Part shown: one piece after another, positions 41,930 through 55,027 of the stretch | Layout: each line of letters opens with the position of its first letter | Numbering within the stretch: position 1 is the stretch's first letter | NCBI GenBank assembly: GCA_051294375.1 | Contig: CM119269.1 | Span: 14,395,918-14,459,917, forward strand | From: Paraspadella gotoi | Lineage: Eukaryota > Animalia > Chaetognatha | DNA length: 64,000 bases | Direction of reading: 5' to 3' | Translations under genes and position numbers: made by a program | The notes under the pieces: model-generated | The model's input: only the letters and a program-made list of their open reading frames with translations | The model's database searches: none | Told to the model about the DNA's origin: nothing

Positions 41930-42180
41930 TTTTCGTGGAACAAACAAATAAATTTATTAGCATAAAATTTGGACATGTTCGGCCTTTTGTTCTTTCAAGC
42001 CTTCATCAGCATTTTATAAAAGAACACAAAATTTTTTTACAACATTGAGTTGGTGGAGAGAGAGAGAGAGAGAGAGTTCCAACAAAGAATTTAGTAAGGG
42101 GACAGTGGTCAACATGTGAGAATAGGTGAAGATGAGGACAGGGATGAAGAGTGAGTAAAAGTCTATTTTAACCCATTTTA
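41930..42180 (-). mobile_element. Penelope pLTR fragment
   Basis: The reverse complement ctcacatgttgaccactgtccccttactaaattctttgttggaact-(CT)n-...ttttgtgttc...aatgctgatga matches 35156-35291 (ctcacaattgaccactatcccttctcaactctgtgttggaaact-(CT)n-...tttgtgttc...aatgctgatga). Confidence 0.72.
41962..42017 (-). ncRNA. Hammerhead ribozyme motif (Penelope-type), one core A missing
   Basis: The minus strand reads AUAAAAUG-CUGAUGA-A-GGCUU-GAAAGAACAAA-AGGCC-GAA-CAUG-UC-CAAAUUUUAU. It has GAA instead of GAAA, which is either a mutation or a sequencing indel. Confidence 0.68.
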
Positions 42181-44092
42181 TCATAATATATTTTTAAAAT
42201 TGGTAGTACTTAACCTTTTATCTACTTTTAATCTTTATCAAGAATCTATTTTAAAAATTTTTAATTTTTAAATATTTAAAACTTGTCTAATTTAATTTAA
42301 AAGGTAAATAAGAATCGACGACCACGACAGAGGTTTATGTCCAACACCTGGTTTGACTATTCAGTATTCACGTTTGCCCAGATATTATTTTATTTATCTC
42401 TCATCAATCTTTCTTTCCTCTACATCAATTTTCATAATTAATCTTTTTTTTTCACCTTAATTTCTTCAATTTTCTTTCTCTCCGTCAAACTCTCACTCTC
42501 TCTTGCTTTCTCTCTATCAATTCCAATCATCTTTCTTTCTCCTCTCCATCAATCTCACATTGAATATTTCATTCTTTCCATTAAAATCTCTCTACTCACT
42601 ATTTTCATTAACTATTCACATCTGACCATTTTTCAACAACCCCCCAGATAACCTTAACTAAAAGCCAGCGATGCAAATTTTTCAGACTTTGACAGCAACA
42701 ACTGGGGAATTCGTTTAATGATTTAATGAAGCAAAGGGCTTAAAATAATATTTTGGTTGTTATCTTTGTTAGAATTATTTCAAGAAGTCGACATTACTTA
42801 TGGTAGTTGCATAACAGGGTCCTTTCTTTTTGTCTTGCCGAGGCAGATGTTTGGAACAAGAAAACTTTGAAAAGGGCTATCTTATGGTAACATAAAAGAT
42901 TAATTAATTCAATCATTTTCTTACCAAAATTTACCTACCATATTTAATTTGACCAATCATTAGCCTATTTTTTTAAATCTAAACTGTGGATCTCGACAGA
43001 ATGAATACTTACTTGAGTATATAGATTAAGAATGTCAGGAAATGCTGATCTATATGAATTTTTTTTAATTAATAACGATCAAAATTCATTGAAATTAAAA
43101 AAATAGATTTCAAATTAAAAAATCTATCTTTTTCAATGTATATCTTTTTTTGGGAAGTGAAGTGGTTGCAAGTTTTGGTTGTCTTAAAATGGTTGGTATT
43201 TGGATTAGAATGCAAAATTCATTGAAAATATTTCATCCATCAGTTTTTAATTAAGCTTTAAAAAAAGGTTGAATTTTTAACATTTTTTTGTCGCTTTGTA
43301 AATAAATATCTTCTGGTTTAAAAAATATTTTAAATGTGAAAGTATATTTAGAATCAGTATAGCTTCTAGCTTTTAGATGTAGCTGAGACAATTCAGATTT
43401 AACATATATATTTAGCATTTCCTTTTTTTTGACAAATTATAAAAAGATTTTTCATTAGTTAAACAAATTTTTTTTAATGATAAGTAATCCTACAAATCTC
43501 GCGAGAGAGACAATTGTTTGTATCCAAAATTTTTTAAAACATGAACTCTTTTTTAAAGGGAACAATGTATCATAGCTTTTACAACTTTCAATAACATAAA
43601 ATAATAGAAATAATTTTTAATTTTTTTTTACCGTCATTTTATTAGCTTCAACTTAGGACGACTTTCAAATAAAATTTTAATTATTTTTGGGTAATACTTT
43701 AAGACTAGATGAGAAATAATTTTTAAAAAATTTAGGCTTGGAGCGCAAAATTTTGAAATTTTCTTTAAAATACGTCAGGTGGGCAATAAACCATATTATT
43801 CCGCATCTGTCCTCGAATATAAAGAAATTTTAGCCATATTCGAGAGTTATGAGACCCTGAACTTCGTGGAGTCTAGAGAAAAAGTTACTGTATCATTTTC
43901 AGTTTCTTTTCTTTTTGTTTTTTTTTTTCTTTTTTTTTTTCTTCTTTTCTTTTTTAGTTTCTTTTTTTTTCTTATTTTCTTTTTATCATATTCAGTTTCT
44001 TTTCCTTCACATTCAAGGCTTTTCTCTTTCTCTTCTGGGCTTTTGTTTCGCAGTTTTTCGCCCCGCGGGTTTCCTCACCACTTCCCGATCTC

Positions 44093-44213
<121 letters not shown>

Positions 44214-45282
44214 ATTTTCGAAAATATGACTTTTTTGCGCCTATATACAATGAAACGACCCGGTCACTCCAAACTGTCTTAACGGCATTTCCTTAGCGAG
44301 ACTCACCCTCCTCTCAAGCTTAGCACCCCATCGGCCACTCCTTTCCACTCCCAGCAGAATCAAGAAAATTTTGAAAAAAACAATCAGCGCCGTTGATCGT
44401 AAATCATTTCTCACTCTGGACCAGAACGAGAGAAGAAACGAACAAAAATGGCCTTTTTTTTTAAATTTAAGAATTTCGAAATTCTAAAATAATTTGTTAT
44501 GAATAAACTAAAGTTTCTTCTAATAAATCCGATTATGTTCAAAAACTCTTATTAATTCTCAACCTAATTTCGACGCTGAACTCTTTTTAAACAATGTTTA
44601 TTAAAAGGATCTAATCTTTCTTTCGTCAAATTAGAATAGTTTTTGTATTATGTTTCCGTATTATACTATTTCTAATTCACTTCGAATAGATTTTTTTTTT
44701 CTTATTTTCGCTTCTCTCTTTTTCTGTCTTCTTTCCCACTCCTTTCCCTCCCTCTCTCTCCCTCCTTCCCTCTCCTCCCTCCCTCTCCTCCCTCTCCTCC
44801 CTCTCCTCCCTCTCCTCCCTCTCCTCTCTCCCTCCCTCCCCCCACGACCTCCCTCTCCCTTTTTCTTCTCCAAACGTAGAGAATTTAACGATTCCTCCAT
44901 CAGCTGCCTTCGAGGCGCAGTTAAACTATTTCCGCCCCGAAATCCGTTTTGCTTTTAACAGCCGCTTTTCTCTTAAAGTTCCCGATCGGACGCAAAAGGC
45001 CCGAGGAACCAAAACTGCGGGTAAAAAAAAAAAAAGCAAGAGAGAGAAAAAAGAGAAGGAAATTTTGAGTTGTTGCGCCTTAATAAATTTCCGATTGCGG
45101 GTGACCATATTTTCAAATATTAATCTGATTATACAAGTATGAAACTAATACCTTATTTTTCTATGAATTAGTCTCAATATCCTTTTATATAAACTCGCTA
45201 TGGTCGAAGTATAAAATCTAGTGTGTAAAAAATAACGAAAATAATACAGTCAGTGCTATTAAAATTCAAATAAAACATAATA

Positions 45283-45345
45283 ACGGACAGACAGACCGAC
45301 CGACCGACCGAAAAATGACTTAAGGAGTCGAGTCGCAACAACAAA
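45283..45345 (-). mobile_element. HINE family 2 head fragment
   Basis: The reverse complement reads gttgcgactcgactccttaagtcatttttcggtcggtcggtcggtctgtctgtccg, matching the head at 56110-56200. Confidence 0.45.
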
Positions 45346-46170
45346 AAGGTGCAACGCGTCGCGATACTAAGTGGAAGCAACGATGCAACGAAACCCGCGT
45401 TGGATAAACAAGAAAACAGAAAGAGAAATAGATTTTAAACAATTTCGCTCGGGATTTTGTGTGGATGTTTTTCGCTTTCTTCTCTTCTCTCAGTTGGCAA
45501 AGAAACTGANNNNNNNNNNNNNNNNNNNNNNNNNNNNNNNNNNNNNNNNNNNNNNNNNNNNNNNNNNNNNNNNNNNNNNNNNNNNNNNNNNNNNNNNNNN
45601 NNNNNNNNNNNNNNNNNNNNNNNNNNNNNNNNNNNNNNNNNNNNNNNNNNNNNNNNNNNNNNNNNNNNNNNNNNNNNNNNNNNNNNNNNNNNNNNNNNNN
45701 NNNNNNNNNNNNNNNNNNNNNNNNNNNNNNNNNNNNNNNNNNNNNNNNNNNNNNNNNNNNNNNNNNNNNNNNNNNNAGAGAGAGAGAGAGGGTGTGTCGG
45801 CGTCGCAATCCGGAAAAAAAGATGATGATTGATCGACCGAATCGGAAAATCATCATCGTCGTCGTCGTCGTCGTCATAATCTTATTTCGCAAACGTATTG
45901 TTTCTTTACGCGTCGTCGTCGTCGTCGTCGTCGTGCTCGTTATCGACGAACGATAGTGAAAGATGTCGTCCTCGTCGGTTTTGTTGTTGTTGTTGTTATT
46001 GTTGTCGACCTTTATCGGGGCCACGGCTTCGCTGTTTTCGCCTCCACCATCAATTGCACGTCACCAATGAAGGAACGACCACCTGCACCACCACTGCAGC
46101 CACTTGTCCCCTAGAATACAACTGACCACCTCGAGATGAGACAAGAAGGACGACGACGATATGTTCACTG

Positions 46171-46262
<92 letters not shown>

Positions 46263-46475
46263 CTTTATCTTATTTTCCCCCTTTATCTCCCACCACATTC
46301 TTAGAACCACCTTCGCTACAATCCACCTCACCCCCTTGCCTCCCCCCAACCACCTCCATCACCATCGACGCATTGACCCTCACAAATCCTCGCCCTGTCT
46401 CGCCCTCGCTTTTTCAAAGCCTTTCCTTCCTTCTGACATTTGGACAAGGATTTTGAGAAGTCCCCAACTCCCAAT

Positions 46476-46562
<87 letters not shown>

Positions 46563-47309
46563 TTATCTCTGCCTTTGTTTGATGCGCATGAATTGCATTA
46601 ATTCATTTCATACAATGCTTTTTTTCTTTTTTTCCTAACATAATTGATTGGTAATTGACGGATGTTTGTGTTAAGGAACGATATCATTACATAATGTTTA
46701 CATAATGTTCTTATAAGACGTTTCCGTTCTCTACTGTATTATTTGAGTACTTTTTAAGTCGGTAACTCTGTAAGTTTTCCATTGAACTTTGGCGTCTTCT
46801 TACTTTTCTCTGAATTCCAGAACACCGTTTACAATTTATTGGGTTGAGTTCTTTGGACAAAAGAAAGAATCTATTATATAATATAATCTCTTCTATCTAT
46901 AGAAAGAAGAGATAGAAAAGTTTATCGGAAAAAATGAAATTCGAATAAAAAAAATGTGAAAAAAAATTGATGAAGAAATAAATTTTTTAAAAAATTTAAA
47001 TTTTTTTAAAAATAAAAATAAAAACGATTTGGATGCGTGACTGATTTTAAATCCGTTTATCTTTGGTTAAAAATCTGTTTTACTGAAAAAAAAATGGAAT
47101 GTTCATGGAATCCTCGCCCAATTAGCTATTTATCTATTGAGTTTTTCAATTATTTATTTATCCTCATTTTTTTCTTTTTGTTTATATATTTATTTATTAT
47201 TCTCGTTTCCTTATTTTATCGTTTCCTTCACATGACGCGAGAAAAGAGAGATTCCAATTTCCTTTTTTTTATTTCTTCTTCTTTTTATTCCGACGTTGTT
47301 ACACAACAA

Positions 47310-47342
<33 letters not shown>

Positions 47343-48127
47343 NNNNNNNNNNNNNNNNNNNNNNNNNNNNNNNNNNNNNNNNNNNNNNNNNNNNNNNNNN
47401 NNNNNNNNNNNNNNNNNNNNNNNNNNNNNNNNNNNNNNNNNNNNNNNNNNNNNNNNNNNNNNNNNNNNNNNNNNNNNNNNNNNNNNNNNNNNNNNNNNNN
47501 NNNNNNNNNNNNNNNNNNNNNNNNNNNNNNNNNNNNNNNNNNNNNNNNNNNNNNNNNNNNNNNNNNNNNNNNNNNNNNNNNNNNNNNNNNNNNNNNNNNN
47601 NNNNNNNNNNNNNACGACGACGACGACGACGACGACGACACCAATAACGACAACCACGCCGTGATCGCGTGACTTTTTCCTCCGAATATTTAAGAATTAC
47701 GAGGATCATAATTTCAACCCCAGAGACTCCTAACTCCCTCTCTTCGTGTCTTCCCCCTCTGCCCCCCCCCCTCTTTCCTTGTTTGAACCAAAAAATATTC
47801 TCCGCGGTTCATTAGCGATTTTAGAATGTACAAATGGGTCGTTAACGTTGACGTTGTTGTCGTCGTTGTCGTCGTCGTTGTTGTTGTTGTTGTTTTTGTA
47901 GTGGTTTATCGAGTCGCTTTTTTTGCTTGTGTTGCACAAAAACGAATGACTTTCAATCAGGATGCTTGCTTTTTCTAGCCATACTTTTAAAGGATATTGT
48001 GTTATATGCATTAATTGTATAATAATAAACTATATTACTGTATCTCGCTGATTATTTTTTATCCAATACGGAAAATTTTTGTTTTGTTTCTAAGGGCCCG
48101 GGGTGGCCGCTATTTTTCTCTAAGCCG

Positions 48128-48510
48128 CATCACCCAATCACGCAATAACGCAAATAACCCCATCACTCAATAACGCAATCACCCCATCACTCACTGACGT
48201 CATCACCCTATCACACCATGACGCAATAACGCCATCACCCCATCACGCCATNNNNNNNNNNNNNNNNNNNNNNNNNNNNNNNNNNNNNNNNNNNNNNNNN
48301 NNNNNNNNNNNNNNNNNNNNNNNNNNNNNNNNNNNNNNNNNNNNNNNNNNNNNNNNNNNNNNNNNNNNNNNNNNNNNNNNNNNNNNNNNNNNNNNNNNNN
48401 NNNNNNNNNNNNNNNNNNNNNNNNNNNNNNNNNNNNNNNNNNNNNNNNNNNNNNNNCACCCCATCACGCCATCTCCCCATCACGCCATCACGCAATAACG
48501 CCATCACACC
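48128..48510. repeat. ~8-10 bp degenerate tandem repeat (cacgccat / cacccaat / cgcaataa), gapped
   Basis: Repeating units lie on both sides of the N-gap at 48252-48456. Confidence 0.8.
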
Positions 48511-50362
48511 AACTCGAAATCTAATCCCCGTTTTTTTTTATTTTCCTTCTTTTCAACTTTTCAGGTTCGAGTTATGATTTCCAGCTAAACGTCATTCATC
48601 CCAAATTTTTTTTTTCTTTCGGATTTTAAACAAGTTTTTCTGTGAACGAGTCTCTTGGGGTGAGAAAGTCTCACGAGCGGAAAGTAAAAAAAAAATTGAG
48701 TCGAAAGAAATTTTTGTCACGTGATCGTGTCACGGCATCGCCACGCCGCGAGAGATTTTGTTAGGATGCCTCGCGGTGAACGTTGTCACGCTGAAAGGTC
48801 GTGTTGTCGTATCTCGATGTTGTTACGGACTTTAAACTATGACATGCAGCCCATTCGCGCTACGCTACGGTACGCGCCGATATGCTACGTCACGTTTGTC
48901 ATGCCACGGCATGCCATACCATGCTACGCGATAGAATAACTGGTCATTCATGCTTCAATCCTTGACTATTCACGTCTCTCGCGAACTCACCTTTACTCAC
49001 CTTCACTTCACATAAACTTATCTTCGCAAAAACTAGAAATCACAATTTTCTTAACTCGAGATTGCATTTCTCACCCCTCTCCTTCGGACTACCTCTTCGA
49101 AATTCCGGAAGAAGATCCTTTGCTAGGGCGGGAATTTAAAATTAATTGGAGTTAAATAGTCAATTAATGCAAATTGGGTGAGNNNNNNNNNNNNNNNNNN
49201 NNNNNNNNNNNNNNNNNNNNNNNNNNNNNNNNNNNNNNNNNNNNNNNNNNNNNNNNNNNNNNNNNNNNNNNNNNNNNNNNNNNNNNNNNNNNNNNNNNNN
49301 NNNNNNNNNNNNNNNNNNNNNNNNNNNNNNNNNNNNNNNNNNNNNNNNNNNNNNNNNNNNNNNNNNNNNNNNNNNNNNNNNNNNNNNNNNNNNNNNNNNN
49401 NNNNNNNNNNNNNNNNNNNNNNNNNNNNNNNNNNNNNNNNNNNNNNNGAGAGAGAGAGAGAGAGAGAGTGAAAAGTAAAAATTGTGAACCGAATCTTTTA
49501 AACATAAAAATCATATTAGTACATGTGTTTTATGTAAAGGCAAAAATAATAACGTTTCGAACTTAAAAAAGTCATTAGAAAATATTGAACAATGAAACGG
49601 AACCCGATCCGTCCTCCCAACTGCAATATGCAAGTAAGATTATCCCCTTCTGCTCTTTTATGCACGAGGTAAAAACAAAAGAGCATCGTTCGACTTTTTG
49701 ACGCAAAGAATAATGGATTTCTGAGCGATTTTTTGTGGGTTTTTTAATAGCATCAAAAATATATATTTCTAAAAAAAAGAGGATATATCGTACTAAAGGC
49801 GTAGATGGTAGAAAGACCTCGGGCGTTGTGCTTTCGGATTTGAAAAGACAGCGACGGAGATAAATAAATAAATAAAATAAATAAATGGTAGATAAATAAA
49901 TCGAGAAATGAAGAAGAAAGGAAGGAATAAAAATTGTCTCTTGGAGAAAAAAAACCATAAGATTTTTAAAGGAAAAAAAAAAGATTTAAAGAAAAGGAAT
50001 AAAAAGAAGATGTTAGGGGAAGGAGGAGGAGGAGGAGGAGGAGGAGGGGGAGGAGGAGGAGGAGGAGAAGGAAAAGGAGAAGTAAGAGGAGGAGGAATAC
50101 GAAGAGGAGGAGGAAGTGAACACGGAGGAAGGAGAACCGGAAATCATTTTAAAATGAAAAGAAGATTTTTTTTTTCTTATTTTCTTTTTCTTTTTTGTTT
50201 TATTTTCTTTTTTTTCCAAGGTGTTTGTATGAAAACCGGATAATAAACCATTTGTCTCCTCATCAGAGGCAGAGATGCGTCGGCGGCGGCGGCTGCGGTC
50301 CGGGCTGCGACTGACGCCGCGATGATCAGCGTTGCGGCAAAGACGAGTTGCTGCTGCAGCAG

Positions 50363-50459
<97 letters not shown>

Positions 50460-50921
50460 TTCTCTCTCTCTCTCCTTTCCTTCCTCCCCAGACCACGAGA
50501 GAGAAAAAAAAAGAATTTAATCGGACCTTCTATGGTTGGGAGTTATAAAAAAAAAGCAAGCAATGGAGGTCTTAGTATTTTGCTTGCTTTTATTCCGTTC
50601 CTGCTTGGCTTCTCCCATTCGCGTTTGCATAAATTCCTGCCTTCGCCTCATTCTGCCCTTTTGTTTGTACGATTCTGCTGTCGGTTTATTCTCCCAATTC
50701 TCCCAAAAGAGGAGAACGTTTTTTCCATTTTTTTTNNNNNNNNNNNNNNNNNNNNNNNNNNNNNNNNNNNNNNNNNNNNNNNNNNNNNNNNNNNNNNNNN
50801 NNNNNNNNNNNNNNNNNNNNNNNNNNNNNNNNNNNNNNNNNNNNNNNNNNNNNNNNNNNNNNNNNNNNNNNNNNNNNNNNNNNNNNNNNNNNNNNNNNNN
50901 NNNNNNNNNNNNNNNNNNNNN

Positions 50922-50952
<31 letters not shown>

Positions 50953-53705
50953 AAAACTAGCGAGTGATCTTCAACATTCGTGAATCTTTCCCTCACAGAG
51001 TGATTATCCTCTTTTCAACTCGATATTTCCTAATTTCCTTTGGAGATTTTACGCCGTCGATGTCTGCAATTACAGAACAAAGAAGTGTAACGAGTAAATA
51101 AAGCGAAAAGGTTCCAAGGCAATAAATTTTATTAACAGTCATACTGAAAATTCAATACTTATTTGAAATTGAGACAATCAATATACATAAAACTTATTTA
51201 TTCATTCGATAAACAATATATTTTGCCTCCATCCCACTTAAAAGATCTTGCAAGATTTCTATCAAGATTAAAAATAGACTGAGCTGACTTGTATTAAATT
51301 CGTTCAAACAATGTAAAAATTGTTCATTCATTTATTATAAAGTAAGGACTAAAAATATGAAATTCATATTTTAATTTAATAAATAAGTTATCTTAATTTT
51401 GTAATTTTAAGTTAAGGATTCTGTCGAGGATCGTTCGTCGCAGACATTGACAACGATAAACGCCGACTGCGAGATAATAACAACGACAACAACAAGCTCA
51501 AGTTCAAAAACGCAATTTTACCTTTTCTCTCTCTCTCTCTCTAACTCTCTTTTTTTTTTTTTATCTCTCTCTCTCTCTCTTTCTAATTTTCACTCCAATC
51601 CTTTTATCTTTTCCTTTTCTTTTAAAAAAAAAAACTCTTCTTTTAATTTTCTCCTTCCATTTTTTTCAGTTTTCTATAAACTTCATTTTCTCTCATTTTT
51701 TTTTTCTCCTTTTCACCTCATTCTCGACTCTGTATGGAAGTGAAAATTATGTCAGACGTTATCTTTCCTTTTTTCTTCTCTTCTTTCCCCCCTTTTCTTC
51801 CTTCCTTTCTTCTCCTTCTTCCTCCCTAAAAAAAAATAAAATAAAAAAAACACCTCATCTCGCTCTTTCCTTCCTTTTCAACCTTCCTTTTTCATTATCT
51901 CCACCGCTAATCCCAAAATTTGCTTTTCCTTCTCTTTACAATCTCCTTCTCGTTTTTTTTTNNNNNNNNNNNNNNNNNNNNNNNNNNNNNNNNNNNNNNN
52001 NNNNNNNNNNNNNNNNNNNNNNNNNNNNNNNNNNNNNNNNNNNNNNNNNNNNNNNNNNNNATTCCCCTCTCCTCCTCCTCCTCCTCCTGCCTCCTCCCCT
52101 TCCTCCTCCTTCCTTCTCGTCCTTAAATCCAGCTTTCTTTTATCCCTTTCCTCTGTTTCCTTTCCTTTTCCTCTCCGTTGGTTTATAAGGAGATCGTCTC
52201 ATCCCTTTACTTTCTATAGACTCGAATGGAGAACCACATTAAAAAAAAAAAAACTGATGACAGAAACAATGACAATGACAATGAAAACAGAAACAGCGCT
52301 GAGAGCGACGATGACAACATGGAAAACAACGGCAACTGTGAAACGAAAGGACAAAACAACCCGAACACGAAATCGAAGACAATAACGTCCGAATTGATAA
52401 CATGTAGGACAAAAACAGAGATGACAAAAACCGAAGCTGTAGGTCATTTTAAAAAAGAGTAAAACATTTGTTTTCTTTTTTTTTTAATTTTTTTTTTAAA
52501 TTTTCATTTTTTTAGTATTATTTTTTCATAATAAATTAAAATTTTGACTACATACTTTTTTCCTTAGAAATTTCAGCAACTGTTAGTCTTTTTTGTTGGT
52601 TATTTTAAAAAGAGAAGAAATTATTTCTTGGGTAGAAAATTGTATCTCTAATACTTTCGCCGAATTAAATTTCGCAATTGATCTTTCCATTTTCCATTTT
52701 CGTACAACAATCCCTTACATAATCTTCACTCCGCCTTACACTTCGTCCCACCATCGTCCACCCCAACACTTACCTTCCCCCCCTTAACCCTCACCCCAGC
52801 CTCACCCTTCGTCTTCTTCCTCTTTCACGACACGCAGCCGAACCATTTGCGCGGAAGAATCGCGCGCATCATTACATTTTCCTCTTCTGTTTGCGGCCGT
52901 TGGTGCTGGTGCTGTTGCAGCCGCTGCAGATGCTGCCGCCCTCACCTGAACGGCGATTTGCTTTTTCCATCGACGCAGCGATTTACTCACCCGAAGGAAA
53001 GTCGGTCTTCCTGTCGAGCGTCAGTTTTAAAAGTGTGGAAGACGTCGCGCGTCAAAAGAAGCTTGAATCGGACATCATTGCTAACTATTGGTTCATTGAC
53101 TAGCCCATCCCTTTTCTTTATTGTGTAATGTGTATTGTGTAAAGTGTAACTCACCAAGCCTCGAACCCGAAACCTTTGAGTCGGAAAATAGCGCGCATTC
53201 CCTGCGGCGCCAACGGATTTCTGTTGATGAGTCTCGGACGAGTGGCCGCAGCAAAACAAAACATTCTCAATCAGCTGATCGATTTTCCAAATCGTCGGTC
53301 AGTCATTAGATCATCATCAAACCTACTCTCTCTCCGAAAATATAAATTGTTTGTAAAGATTTAATTTTTTTGGTTCTTTTTAATCATGCTTCAAAGGAAA
53401 CTTAAATTAAAGTAAATCTAATTAACTTAAATTAAATTCCAAAATTAAATTAAAAATTTTTAAAAAAAAGAGTAGATTGAATAAAATCCAATTATCACCG
53501 CATTTACTTTCCTCCCAAAAAAACTCCAAATCCCCCACCTTACACAAAAACCAGACTCCTCAGTCCTTACCCATCCCAGCTTCGGACTTTCCTCACCCTC
53601 CAGACTCCCAAAACCCTCTGCCTCACCTTTTCCTTCCGCGAATAGCGCGGGTTCGACTCACCTCATCTCACTTTCCCTTGGCCCGGATCTCATTAGTCGT
53701 TGGGC

Positions 53706-53739
<34 letters not shown>

Positions 53740-54132
53740 GCATAGGCGCCCGAAAACCCGACAAACCCGGAGGTGGTTTCGACTCTGGGCGTCGTCGTCA
53801 TCGTCGTCGTAAATAATCGTCGTCATCGTCATAGCAACGGAAGACATCACGTCTCGGCCTCCGTCATCTTTATCACTTTCTTTCATTTACTTCCCGTCGC
53901 GCCATCTTCAATATCGTTATTGTCGTCGTTGTTGTTAATAAAAGGCGGAAGACCACGGAATTGCTGGCGGTCAGCGTCGTCGTCGTCGTCGTCGTCGTCG
54001 CCGACGCAAATACAATTATCCTCTAAATGATTTCGCTTGTCGTGTTTGTTTTTCTTCGCCCACGTTCTCCGCCACCCTCATGCTTCCCCCCCCCCCCGAA
54101 GCGTCACTCGCCCTTTCATCATCGTCAAATCT

Positions 54133-55027
54133 TTTTTTCGTCGGATCTGCTTACGGCGGATCCCGACTCTATAATCCACTTTGAGGGTCCGTCGGTCCCT
54201 CCCAAAAGTATTGTCGGGCATTCACTTATATCATGTCAGAACATCGAATTATGATAATTGATAAATTATGCAAAAAAATGATGTTCGTCCGTCTGTCTGT
54301 CTGCCTGTCTGTCTGTCTGTCTGTCTGTCAGTCCGTCCGTCCATCCGTCCCACCTTAGCAAAAAACTCCAATTACTCATGATTGGAAGGATGGATTGGAA
54401 ATTTGGAATAAAATATTGTGTGTGGGTAAGGAATTGATTATTCAATCAATCAATTTATTTATCTATTAATTAATTATTCAATCAATCAATTTATAAATTA
54501 ATTAATTATTTAATCAATCAATCATCAATCAATCAATCAGTCAATCACGTAAGTCAGTCGTTATCGGCATTGACGAACAAAAAACAAACATTTTGGATCA
54601 AATTAATTAATTAATTAATTAATTGCATAATTAATTAACTTGAATTAATTAATTGCCTAATAAAATAATTAATTAACTTGAATTAATTAATTGCCTAATA
54701 CATTAATTAATTAATTGTTTTTAGGTCTTTTCGTCACTGACCATGACAAATGCCGATAACGATTGACTTACATGATTGACTGATTGATTGATTGATGATT
54801 GATTTATTAAATAATTAAATAATTGATAAATTGATTGATTGAATAATTAATAAATAGATAAATAAATTAATTGATTGAATAATTAATTAATTAATGAATT
54901 CAAGTTAATTAATTAATTAATTAATTAATTAATTAACTTGTATTAATTAATTGCCTAATACATTAATTAATTATTAATTAATTACCGCTAATGATCGTGG
55001 GCAGATCCGACATTGTTTGCTCAAACT
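54133..55027 (+). mobile_element. DINE-1/HINE-like non-autonomous element, family 1, copy A
   Basis: It has a 5' subterminal repeat GTCGGATCTGC with an adjacent partial inverted copy (gcggatcccgac), a (GTCT/GTCC)n microsatellite, a 3' subterminal GCAGATCCGAC, and a small hairpin gttt-gctc-aaac. The 5' flank is T-rich. It is collinear with 60758-61583. Confidence 0.8.

Larger units (their letters stand above)
38996..43890. mobile_element. 4.9-kb TIR DNA transposon (Tc1/mariner-pogo type ends, TA TSD) carrying nested insertions
   Basis: Left end: TA|CAGTACCTTTTCTCTAGACTCCACGAAGTTCAGGG. Right end: CCCTGAACTTCGTGGAGTCTAGAGAAAAAGTTACTG|TA. The two share a 28-bp perfect inverted core. Imperfect inverted similarity continues for ~150 bp (ataactc, gctaa.atttc, tattg.ccacctga, caaaattttgcgct). 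The joined flanks reproduce the adjacent uninterrupted repeat unit at 43971-43999. Confidence 0.85.

Noticed and set aside
42680-42895. Small exons of a transposase inside the TIR element
   Set aside because: Splice-like borders exist, but the frames contain stops or shifts and no DDE/D or HTH motif could be identified.
45180-45222. Helitron 3' end (hairpin + CTAG|T)
   Set aside because: The hairpin is weak and AT-rich, and there is no matching 5' TC end or second copy in the window.
52891-53103. 70-aa ORF as a secreted small protein
   Set aside because: It has a non-ATG start and no recognisable family, and several overlapping ORFs on both strands simply reflect local GC richness.
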